Of a stretch of DNA of 30,739 nucleotides, positions 19,807 to 27,739 are shown one piece after another. The stretch is from Verrucomicrobiota bacterium (GTDB lineage Bacteria; Verrucomicrobiota; Verrucomicrobiia; Opitutales; Coraliomargaritaceae): assembly GCA_039815375.1 (NCBI GenBank), contig JBCBZJ010000030.1, positions 1 through 30,739 on the forward strand, written 5' to 3'. The notes under the pieces were generated by a model, which did no database searches, was not told the origin of the DNA, and worked only from the letters and a program-made list of their open reading frames with translations. The translations under genes and the position numbers were made by a program. Positions within the stretch are counted from its first letter, which is position 1. The number at the start of each line of letters is the position of its first letter.

Positions 19807-20658
19807 ATGGCGCCGGTCGTTTTTCTCTGTGCAGCAGGAGCTGCATCGTTGTATGCGGTCGGATCGCTCAATATCAAGCAGACGTTAACCGAGGGCACGA
19901 AGAAACGCAGAGCCATCGCCGTGACCAATGTCGCAATGGCGCTTTGGTCCCTACCGCTCTTTTTTATCTCGCGTGGCGATTTCAACCTCACCGCATGGCT
20001 GACTGCGATTCTGGCGGGAGCCGCCCTCTTCTTCGGCAGAATCCTTTCGGTCAAGGCCCTTGAGGTCGGCGACCTCTCGGTGGTCGGACCACTTTTAGGT
20101 ATGAAAACGCTCTTGGTCGCGGTCTTTTCATTTCTGACCGGGGGTCAGGAGCTAAATGCCGGATTATGGGTCGCAGCAGTCACAGCAACTGTAGGGGTGG
20201 CTCTCCTTCAGACCGGACCAGCACAGCTCGGCAAGAATCGCCGCGAGGCAGCTGGCTACGCATTTGCTGCGAGCTTGCTCTTTGCCTGCTGCGACATCCT
20301 CGTGGTGGAAGCACGTGGGCAACTTGGTATCGGTTGGCTCTCGCCGACCCTATTCGTTACCGTTGCACTACTTGTGCCGCTGTTGGGCAAACAACAGAAA
20401 GAGCCTGAGTCTGGCCGAAAGCAGCTCTACCTTGGTTCTGCCATCATGGGTTTTCAGACTTCGCTTGTCATCCTGCTCATTGGGCTGACCGGGCAGGCCG
20501 TATTGATTAATATCGTCTATTCTTCGCGCGCACTTTGGACAGTCGTGGTAGACCGCTTCTATGGAAACGCACCCGGGCTCGAGAAATATTTCCCGTTACG
20601 CCTGACCGGTGCCACACTACTCGTAACTGCAATCGCTCTGGTAATCTTCCAGAGGTAA
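19807..20658 (+). CDS. DMT/EamA-family transporter
   Basis: About 10 TM helices in two repeats and the motif 'KALEVGDLSVVGPLLGMK'. Start taken at the ATG at 19807. Confidence 0.8.
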   Translation: MAPVVFLCAAGAASLYAVGSLNIKQTLTEGTKKRRAIAVTNVAMALWSLPLFFISRGDFNLTAWLTAILAGAALFFGRILSVKALEVGDLSVVGPLLGMKTLLVAVFSFLTGGQELNAGLWVAAVTATVGVALLQTGPAQLGKNRREAAGYAFAASLLFACCDILVVEARGQLGIGWLSPTLFVTVALLVPLLGKQQKEPESGRKQLYLGSAIMGFQTSLVILLIGLTGQAVLINIVYSSRALWTVVVDRFYGNAPGLEKYFPLRLTGATLLVTAIALVIFQR

Positions 20659-20659
20659 T

Positions 20660-21457
20660 CTAAAGACGCAGGGAGCGGTTCAGCTTTCCGGAGACAAATC
20701 CCTCCTCGTCAAACTCCACTGACGCGAAACCCAATTCTACGATGCGCTCGGCGATGTATTCCTTCATCTCGAAGAGACGGGTGACCTTTTCGGCAGGCAC
20801 CTCCACGCGAGCGCGTTCGCCATAGTGCCGCACACGATTAACCGGGAAACCAGCGGTTTCAACCACCGCTTCAGCTGCTTCGATCTGCCGCAACTTCTCA
20901 ACCGTGATCCGCTCGCCGTAGGGCACTCGAGACGCGAGACATGGACTGGCAGGCTTATCCCAGCACTCCAAGTTGAAATGCGCCGCGAGAGCGCGGACGC
21001 CGTCCTTGTTAATTCCACATTCAGAAAGTGGAGAACGCACTGAAAATTCTGACGCGGCTTGAAGACCTGGCCGGTAGTCGCCGAGATCATCTACATTGGT
21101 CCCATTCAGGGCCCACCAGCCCGGGAACTCACCCGATAGCCCGGCTAGCTCATCGTAGAGGGTATGTTTACAGAAATAGCACCGGTTATTCGGGTTCGTG
21201 AAATAATCCGGATTCTCCATCTCTTTTGTAACCACAACCCGCAAGGGAATCTCATGCTTCTGCGCCAGGCTTTTGGCCTTATCGAGCTCAGAGAGCTTCA
21301 GGCTCGGGGAAGCGGAAATCACAGCGAGTGATTTTTCCGGGCCAAGCAATTGCCGCGCAAGGAAGGCAACCAGAGAACTGTCAACGCCACCGGAATAAGC
21401 CACCAAAGCACCAGGGCAGGGATCGAACCAATCACGCAACTTTGCCAGTGCTTTCAT
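20660..21457 (-). CDS. larE: LarE, ATP-dependent sulfur insertase for NPN cofactor biosynthesis
   Basis: PP-loop AYSGGVDS, NRCYFCK, GTNVDDLGDYRPGLQAA, WDKPASPCLASRVPYG, RVRHYG and GFVSGKLN. Confidence 0.93.
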   Translation of the reverse strand: MKALAKLRDWFDPCPGALVAYSGGVDSSLVAFLARQLLGPEKSLAVISASPSLKLSELDKAKSLAQKHEIPLRVVVTKEMENPDYFTNPNNRCYFCKHTLYDELAGLSGEFPGWWALNGTNVDDLGDYRPGLQAASEFSVRSPLSECGINKDGVRALAAHFNLECWDKPASPCLASRVPYGERITVEKLRQIEAAEAVVETAGFPVNRVRHYGERARVEVPAEKVTRLFEMKEYIAERIVELGFASVEFDEEGFVSGKLNRSLRL

Positions 21458-21547
21458 GTCGAGGAACCTTGCGTCTTGAGCGTCTCATGTCAACTTGCGC
21501 TTACTTCTCAGGTCAGCAATACACTTCCATCTACTCCCTTTATTGAA

Positions 21548-22780
21548 ATGCCGACTCTCGTCTACCAATGTCCCGCCGGAATAAGCGGGGATATGAATCT
21601 TGGCGCAATGGTGGCTCTCGGTGTCAAACCGCCCGAGCTCGTGCATGAGCTTCGCAAACTCCCATATACCGGATGGCGATTGGCTTTTGAAAGCGACAAG
21701 CGAAAGGGCATGAGCGGCATTCGCTGTGATGTGATTCTGGAAAAAGAAGATGCATCTTCAGACGATCATCATGAAAACCACCATCATCACGACCATGGAC
21801 ATGATCACCATGGACACCATCACCACCGCACCTTCAAAGAAATACGTGAGGCGATCGAGACGAGCAAACTATCAGATTTCGTGAAGGAGCATTCGGTAAA
21901 ATGCTTCAAGGTTCTCGCCGAGGCAGAAGGAACGGTTCACGGCATCGACCCGGAAACGGTTCACTTCCATGAGGTAGGTGCAATCGACTCTATTGTAGAT
22001 ATGGTAGGCGCAGCCATCTGCTGGGAGCTGCTCGGTGTCGACCGCATACTCTGCAGTTCACTCGAAGTAGGCGGTGGAACCGTTAAGTGTGCGCATGGTC
22101 GAATGCCGGTCCCCGCACCGGCAACCGCAAACCTGCTTCTCGACAAACCCTACACCTCCGGCGCCACCGATAAAGAAACCACCACGCCGACTGGAGCCGC
22201 CTTACTTGTTGGAGTTGGTGCCGAATTCTCCGGCAAAACCAATGGTCGGCAAGTCGCTGCCGCAATCGGTGTCGGACAACGCGACGACCCGAATCTGGCC
22301 AACGTCCTTTATGTAAGCCTGATTGACGAATCCGCAGGCACTGCTACTGCGGATTCGGATACCGTCATGGAACTGGCTGCCAATCTCGACGATATGAGCC
22401 CGGAGGCTGTCGCCTTCCTGAACAAATCGCTCCTTTCTTCGGGTGCACTCGACGTTTGGCAGACTGCCGCAACCTTTAAGAAAGGTCGACTGGGTGTCGT
22501 CGTTCATGCACTCTGCGAGCCCAATCTTCAACCGGCTATCGAAGCCGTTTACTTTAAACACAGCACAACGCTGGGCGTGCGGCGAACGCTCTGGGAAAGA
22601 ACCAAACTACAGCGCAAGGAAACGAGCATGGAGACGCCTCACGGCCCCGTCCGCGTGAAGTCTTCGAGACGTCCACAAGGCAACTTGTATCAGAAATACG
22701 AATACGATGATTGCGCACGGATTGCCAAAGAAACGGGGATGTCAATCGAGGACGTTCACCGCATGCTGGATGCACTTTAA
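21548..22780 (+). CDS. larC: LarC, CTP-dependent nickel insertase (cyclometallase), single-ORF C1+C2 form
   Basis: GISGDMNLGA, a His-rich insert, AEAEGTVHG...VHFHEVGAIDSIVD, CAHGRMPVPAPAT, TTPTGAA, NLDDMSPE, KKGRLG, STTLGVR and EYDDC. Start taken at the ATG at 21548. Confidence 0.93.
   Translation: MPTLVYQCPAGISGDMNLGAMVALGVKPPELVHELRKLPYTGWRLAFESDKRKGMSGIRCDVILEKEDASSDDHHENHHHHDHGHDHHGHHHHRTFKEIREAIETSKLSDFVKEHSVKCFKVLAEAEGTVHGIDPETVHFHEVGAIDSIVDMVGAAICWELLGVDRILCSSLEVGGGTVKCAHGRMPVPAPATANLLLDKPYTSGATDKETTTPTGAALLVGVGAEFSGKTNGRQVAAAIGVGQRDDPNLANVLYVSLIDESAGTATADSDTVMELAANLDDMSPEAVAFLNKSLLSSGALDVWQTAATFKKGRLGVVVHALCEPNLQPAIEAVYFKHSTTLGVRRTLWERTKLQRKETSMETPHGPVRVKSSRRPQGNLYQKYEYDDCARIAKETGMSIEDVHRMLDAL
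21761..21826 (+). repeat. His-rich low-complexity coding tract within larC
   Basis: CAY/GAY codon-rich stretch encoding DDHHENHHHHDHGHDHHGHHHH (14 His). Confidence 0.8.
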
Positions 22781-22783
22781 ACA

Positions 22784-23518
22784 ATGAAGGACGTAACAGA
22801 AATTCTCGAAGCACTGAAAAACGGCGAAATTGAAATCGCTGAAGCGGAAGCACAATTGAAGGGCTTTGAGGACATCGGCCACAGCCGCGTCGACCTCAGA
22901 CGTGCCGACCGCAATGGCAGCCCCGAGGTCATTCTGGGCCAGAATAAGACCGCCGGGCAAATCGTCGACATCATGCAGAGTATGAGCTCGCGCAGCCAAA
23001 ACGTGCTGGCGACCCGCATCGAACAGGAGGTCGCAACCAAGGTGCAGGCTCACTTCCCTGCTGCAATATACCACGAGCTGCCACGCCTTCTTTCACTTGA
23101 GCTCAATCCAGTGCTCAAGATCGAGCAAAAGATCGCCGTCGTTTGTGCGGGAACTTCCGATCTACCCGTTGCCGAAGAGGCGCGCATCACCGCAGAATTC
23201 TACGGCAACCCCGTCGAAAAGGTCTATGATGCCGGCGTGGCTGGTATCCATCGCCTCTTCGCAAGCTTGGAGCGTATCCGTGCCTGCCGTATCGTTGTCG
23301 TAGTCGCCGGAATGGAAGGAGCTTTGCCAAGTGTGGTAGGCGGACTCGTGGACGCACCAGTGATCGCCGTCCCAACAAGTGTCGGTTATGGCGCCAATTT
23401 TGGCGGACTATCCGCCCTCCTCACCATGCTCAATAGTTGCGCAAGCGGCGTAAGCGTCGTCAATATCGACAACGGCTTCGGCGCAGGTTATCTCGCAAAC
23501 CGGATGAACCGGATTTAG
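22784..23518 (+). CDS. larB: LarB, NaAD carboxylase/hydrolase (PurE-like) for NPN biosynthesis
   Basis: R..RNGSPEVILGQNKT, AGTSDLPVAEEA, DAGVAGIHRL, VAGMEGALPSVVGGL, PTSVGYGA, and MLNSCASGVSVVNIDNGFGAG. Confidence 0.95.
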   Translation: MKDVTEILEALKNGEIEIAEAEAQLKGFEDIGHSRVDLRRADRNGSPEVILGQNKTAGQIVDIMQSMSSRSQNVLATRIEQEVATKVQAHFPAAIYHELPRLLSLELNPVLKIEQKIAVVCAGTSDLPVAEEARITAEFYGNPVEKVYDAGVAGIHRLFASLERIRACRIVVVVAGMEGALPSVVGGLVDAPVIAVPTSVGYGANFGGLSALLTMLNSCASGVSVVNIDNGFGAGYLANRMNRI

Positions 23519-24525
23519 GCCATACGGCTGTGAGGCCCGGTGCAGCCATGCTCGTAAAGCTCTCCGCCGTGCATCATAGCAGCGTATTCAGGTGAATCCG
23601 GGGAGTCGTTAACCGCAAACTGAACTCGGTCTGCAGCAGACATGGGCTTGGCGACACAACCCGCTACAGCTTGATTGACGTAATCAACCTTGTCGATACC
23701 GACCACATGCGTGCAAACTTGGTCGTAGCTCAAAGCATAACGCAGAACTTCCTCAACATTGGTCTTTTCGTGTAATTCAGTGCGGCGGCTACCACCGAAG
23801 CCCTTCATCCCTAAGACAGCGATCTTGTGCTTTTCACAGAGCGGCATGATTTCTTTTTCAAACGCTCTCGACTTCAGAGCCCCCACTACGGAGACCGGCA
23901 TGAGAGTGGCATCCCACTCGTAGCCACCCTCAATAACGTCGCGATGCACTTGAGGATCAGTGTGTCCAGTGAAACCACCGTAACGAATTTTTCCCTGCTT
24001 CTTTGCCAGTTCAATGGCTGCAATTGCACCGTCGGATTTGTAGGCATCCTTGGCATCGTCACCGACAACGTTGTGCATCATCCAAAGATCAAGGTAATCT
24101 GTCTTCAGTCGCCTCAGCGAGTCCTCCAGATGTTTCATCGCCCCGTCCAGCGTCGGTGGACCATCTCCCCGGAAGTTGGAGAATTTGGTCATCAGGAAAA
24201 TCTTGTCCCGCTTGCCCTTCAGCGCGTTCCCCATGTATTCCTCGGAGGTGCCGCCATGGTAACCCCAGGCATTTTCAAAAAAGTTGATACCCAGATCGTA
24301 GGCGCGGTGAACCACCTCATTGGCCTCTTTCTGCGAACCGGTGAAATAAAGCGTGTGACCGCCGATGCCGACCACTGTCAACATATCATCGAAGCGACCG
24401 AACTTGCGTTTGGGAATAGTAACTTTTTCCGCAGCAGCGGCAATGGTAGCAGGTGAACCAAGAAGCGTCGCCGATCCAGCCGACAACTTGAGAAAATTTC
24501 GACGGGTAACTTTCATAGAAGTCAT
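23515..24525 (-). CDS. Tat-exported aldo/keto reductase-fold protein; candidate NPN-dependent oxidoreductase
   Basis: Twin-arginine signal TRRNFLK...AAA. AKR motifs GIGG, GINFFENAWGY...SEEYMG, FLMTK, LEDSLRRLKTDYLDLWMMH, GKIRYGGFTGH and VLGMK. Its stop codon overlaps the larB stop. Confidence 0.85.
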   Translation of the reverse strand: MTSMKVTRRNFLKLSAGSATLLGSPATIAAAAEKVTIPKRKFGRFDDMLTVVGIGGHTLYFTGSQKEANEVVHRAYDLGINFFENAWGYHGGTSEEYMGNALKGKRDKIFLMTKFSNFRGDGPPTLDGAMKHLEDSLRRLKTDYLDLWMMHNVVGDDAKDAYKSDGAIAAIELAKKQGKIRYGGFTGHTDPQVHRDVIEGGYEWDATLMPVSVVGALKSRAFEKEIMPLCEKHKIAVLGMKGFGGSRRTELHEKTNVEEVLRYALSYDQVCTHVVGIDKVDYVNQAVAGCVAKPMSAADRVQFAVNDSPDSPEYAAMMHGGELYEHGCTGPHSRMA

Positions 24526-24598
24526 TAGGTAGACAGTATCAGCTCATCCGTCAAACCTACTTGAAGAAAATGGCCCAATACCTCAGAAGAGACCGAAT

Positions 24599-24907
24599 AT
24601 GTGGCTTAAATTCGATAATACTCTCAACCGACTCCGTTCAATCGGGAGCTGGGAGGCCATCTCCTACCTCCTACTGCTCTTTGTGGCGATGCCACTGAAA
24701 TATATCTGGGGATGGCCACAGGCCGTCAGTGTAATCGGCATGGCTCACGGCATTCTTTGGATCGCCTATATCTTCATGGCTGTGCTGGGCCAAGTAGACT
24801 ACAAATGGCGTTGGAAGACCACCGCATGGCTCTTCGTTGCCAGCCTATTGCCTTTCGGCCCCTTTGTTGCCGATACCAAGCTACTTCGTGGCGTTCAGGT
24901 AAACTAG
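24599..24907 (+). CDS. DUF3817-family small membrane protein
   Basis: EAISYLLLLFVAMPLKY, GMAHGILW and ASLLPFGPF signature motifs. Confidence 0.85.
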   Translation: MWLKFDNTLNRLRSIGSWEAISYLLLLFVAMPLKYIWGWPQAVSVIGMAHGILWIAYIFMAVLGQVDYKWRWKTTAWLFVASLLPFGPFVADTKLLRGVQVN

Positions 24908-24961
24908 GTCTTTTCACGTTTGACCCAATCTTCGGCCATATCCTTCATCCTCGGCCTACCC

Positions 24962-25408
24962 ATGCTAAAACTCCTTGGCAGGATCCACCGCTCGGAAACC
25001 AACCGCGGCATGTTTACCCGGTTTGCCGGTGTCGGCGTAACTATATCCCTCATTGATATCGGCCTGCTGTATCTGCTCATCGCAACCGGTTTGAGTGCCT
25101 ACCTTGCCCGGATTCCATCCTTTCTGGCAGCCATGACGGTTGGTTACATACTGAACCGCTACTTTACCTTCCATCATCTGGAAACGGGACGCGCTCTTTG
25201 GCACTCACTCCTCCGTCACTACAGCGTACACTCGGTCGGCGGCGTCATCAACTATGGGGTCTTCGGCGCCACACTTATCATCGGCCAGCAGATGGGGGGA
25301 GAGATCGCCGCCTCTGCCAGCCTGCCCTTTGTCGCAGTTTGGGTCGGAGGCATCTTCGGCATGTGTTTCAACTTCTTCTTTTCAAAGAAGATGGTCTTCG
25401 ATAGCTAG
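24962..25408 (+). CDS. GtrA-family membrane protein (putative lipid-linked sugar flippase)
   Basis: RFAGVG...ID, 'YILNRYFTF' and 'FNFFFSKKMVF' motifs with four TM helices. An alternative TTG start exists at 24920. Confidence 0.85.
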   Translation: MLKLLGRIHRSETNRGMFTRFAGVGVTISLIDIGLLYLLIATGLSAYLARIPSFLAAMTVGYILNRYFTFHHLETGRALWHSLLRHYSVHSVGGVINYGVFGATLIIGQQMGGEIAASASLPFVAVWVGGIFGMCFNFFFSKKMVFDS

Positions 25409-25416
25409 CGGTCTGG

Positions 25417-26547
25417 ATGTTCGCTGTCTTTTGTAAAAGCCTGTTCTTCCATCTCGGCTGGTGGCTCGCTTCACTTTGGCCCGGGCGACACGAGGGCGCG
25501 CCGCTCGGTTTACGGCGCCTGATCTTTCTGCTCCTCGGCTACCCGGCCTTTCTGGCACTGCAGTCAATCCACTGGATTGGTTTTTTGCTCGATGAGATTT
25601 TCTTTTCGGCTTACCGGCGTGTCGAAATCGAGACCCCGGTCTTCATCGTCGGTATCCCACGGAGCGGAACGACCTTTCTCCACCGAACGCTGGCTACAGT
25701 CGAAGGCTACACCTCACTCAATACCTGGGAGGCACTGCTTGCCCCTTCTATTACAGAACGAAAACTCATCCGTTTTCTAGCTGCCCTCGACCGAGCCATC
25801 GGCGCGCCTTCCCAGCGGCTCATTCACTGGGCTTTCCGTAAAGGTTCGAGCGACTTCAATGCGATTCACGAGGTCGGTCTGGAAGCCCCGGAAGAGGACT
25901 ATCTCACGCTACTACCGGTCGGCCACTGTTTCATCCTCAGTCTGGCTTTCCCGTTTTCCAAGAAACTGTCCGATCTCGCGCAGCTCGATCAATTGCCTGA
26001 AAACGAGCGCAGGGCTATTGTTCAATTTTACAAACGCTGCCTGCAAAAGCACCTCTACTGCCACCCGGGCAAAAGGCTACTTTCCAAGAATGCTGCATTC
26101 AGCTCATGGACAGCGGACCTCCAGGCAGCATTCCCCAAGGCAAAGTTCCTCGTCTCGATTCGCGAACCGGATACGGCGCTCAGCTCACAACTCAGCTCCC
26201 TCGCACCAGCCCGTCAACTTTTCGGAGCCGACCCTGACGGCCAACATACTGCGGCGAGATTTACACAGCACTATGCGCATGCCTACCAAAACTTGGCGCA
26301 GTTCGTCGAAGACAGCGACCTAGGGCAAGTCGCCGTCATCGCTCAATCCGAGCTCAAGCAATCTCCAGCCCGAACCATCCGCACCGCGCTGGAAAAAACG
26401 GGGCTCGCTATACCGGCAGGACTCGAAGCACTCCAGCCCAGCCCTTCCAGCAAACACCATCACCAGCCGGACGGCCATTCGACCGATCACGAAAAAATCA
26501 AGCATTGCATGCGCCCTGCCTACGAGGCGATGCTCCGCTCTCGCTGA
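25417..26547 (+). CDS. PAPS-dependent sulfotransferase (Sulfotransfer_3/Stf-like) with an N-terminal membrane segment
   Basis: 5'-PSB loop PVFIVGIPRSGTTFLH, PEED, LSKN and 3'-PB motif FPKAKFLVSIREP...SS. Confidence 0.85.
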   Translation: MFAVFCKSLFFHLGWWLASLWPGRHEGAPLGLRRLIFLLLGYPAFLALQSIHWIGFLLDEIFFSAYRRVEIETPVFIVGIPRSGTTFLHRTLATVEGYTSLNTWEALLAPSITERKLIRFLAALDRAIGAPSQRLIHWAFRKGSSDFNAIHEVGLEAPEEDYLTLLPVGHCFILSLAFPFSKKLSDLAQLDQLPENERRAIVQFYKRCLQKHLYCHPGKRLLSKNAAFSSWTADLQAAFPKAKFLVSIREPDTALSSQLSSLAPARQLFGADPDGQHTAARFTQHYAHAYQNLAQFVEDSDLGQVAVIAQSELKQSPARTIRTALEKTGLAIPAGLEALQPSPSSKHHHQPDGHSTDHEKIKHCMRPAYEAMLRSR

Positions 26548-27651
26548 ATGGATAGCCCCCTAACAGAAGCCGCGCCCGTCCGGGTCGCTTTTTTCTCCGA
26601 CTCGCTCCCTGAGCGCAACGGCACGGGCGCCTACTATCACGATCTCGTCGGCCAGCTCGCAACACAGATCGATGACGTCGAAGTCTTCCAACCGCTCGAC
26701 ATGAAGCGCCACCCGCTCCTCTCCTGGCCCATGCCGGGGGACCCCAGTCAACGCATTGTCACGCCCAATCTGCCGCGCATCGCTAGTGCGTGCCGCCGGC
26801 TTCAGCCCAACATCGTCGTCAGCATTACACCTGGCCCCTTCGGCCTGCTCGGCCTCTACCATGCGAAACGCAGTGGAGCGGCCTTTATCTCCGCCTTCCA
26901 TACCGATTTCGAGCAGCTCGCACGCATTTACTGGAACCCGCTCTCTCGTAGGTTCTGCAACGCTTACCTCAACACCGCTAACCGGATCCTCTGCAAGCGC
27001 AGCGCTACCGTCCTAATCAACAATTCCAACCTGCGTAAAGACGTCGAGCGCCTCGGTGCCAACTCTGTCGAGGTCATGGGCACCCCACTCCAGCCCATGT
27101 TTTTGGAAAAGCCCCTCCGGCCTGCTCCGGATCAAATCGAAAAGATTTGCTTTGCCGGACGCCTTGCCCCTGAAAAAAACATCGACCGCATCATCGATGC
27201 GGCGCGCAAGCTCCCGGCAATTCAATTCCTCATAGGCGGCGATGGCCCTCTCCGCAGAAAACTTGAAGAATCCGCCCAAGGTTTAAAAAACGTTACATTC
27301 TCCGGCTGGCTTACGCGGGAAGAGCTGATCAGTTTGATCGACCAGAGCAGTCTCCTCCTTCTACCCTCGAAGATCGAGACATTCGGCTCCGTTGCCCTCG
27401 AAGCCATGTCCCGCGGTCGCCCTGCCCTCGTTTCCTCAAACGCGGGTATTCACGACTGGCCTCAACTCAAAGAAGGACTTTTCGCCTATGACCAGGAGCA
27501 ACCACTGGTCGACACCATTCGCGAAATACTCACCCTCCCCGCCGCAACGTGGCGAGAAAAAGCCAAAGCGGCCCGCGCCGCAGCCGTAAGACTTAACAAC
27601 CAAACCATCCAACAGTGGGTCGAAATACTCGGAAAATATTCCCATGGTTAA
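26548..27651 (+). CDS. Glycosyltransferase family 4 (GT-B), glycolipid synthase-like
   Basis: FSDSLPERNG, TPGPFG, FHTDF, FAGRLAPEKN, GDGPLR and ETFGSVALEAMSRG (EX7E motif). Directly abuts the sulfotransferase stop. Confidence 0.9.
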   Translation: MDSPLTEAAPVRVAFFSDSLPERNGTGAYYHDLVGQLATQIDDVEVFQPLDMKRHPLLSWPMPGDPSQRIVTPNLPRIASACRRLQPNIVVSITPGPFGLLGLYHAKRSGAAFISAFHTDFEQLARIYWNPLSRRFCNAYLNTANRILCKRSATVLINNSNLRKDVERLGANSVEVMGTPLQPMFLEKPLRPAPDQIEKICFAGRLAPEKNIDRIIDAARKLPAIQFLIGGDGPLRRKLEESAQGLKNVTFSGWLTREELISLIDQSSLLLLPSKIETFGSVALEAMSRGRPALVSSNAGIHDWPQLKEGLFAYDQEQPLVDTIREILTLPAATWREKAKAARAAAVRLNNQTIQQWVEILGKYSHG

Positions 27652-27667
27652 CGAGCCGCCCTGCTAA

Positions 27668-27736
27668 AAAACACAAAGCTCACCAAGCCAATAATCACAA
27701 AGAGCTTTTCGTGTTCCTCGTGACCTCTGTGGTGAA
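27668..27736. repeat. Degenerate palindromic REP-like intergenic element
   Basis: Left side has CACAAAG twice. Right side has TTCGTGTTCCTCGTGACCTCTGTGGTG, made of roughly complementary 9-nt periodic units. Confidence 0.35.
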
Positions 27737-27739
27737 TCT

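Noticed and set aside
21350..21547. N-terminal extension of LarC in the ORF track
   Set aside because: It overlaps the divergent larE. LarC homology begins at MPTLVYQCPAGISGDM (21548).
23827..24456. 209-aa plus-strand ORF
   Set aside because: Shadow of the AKR gene.
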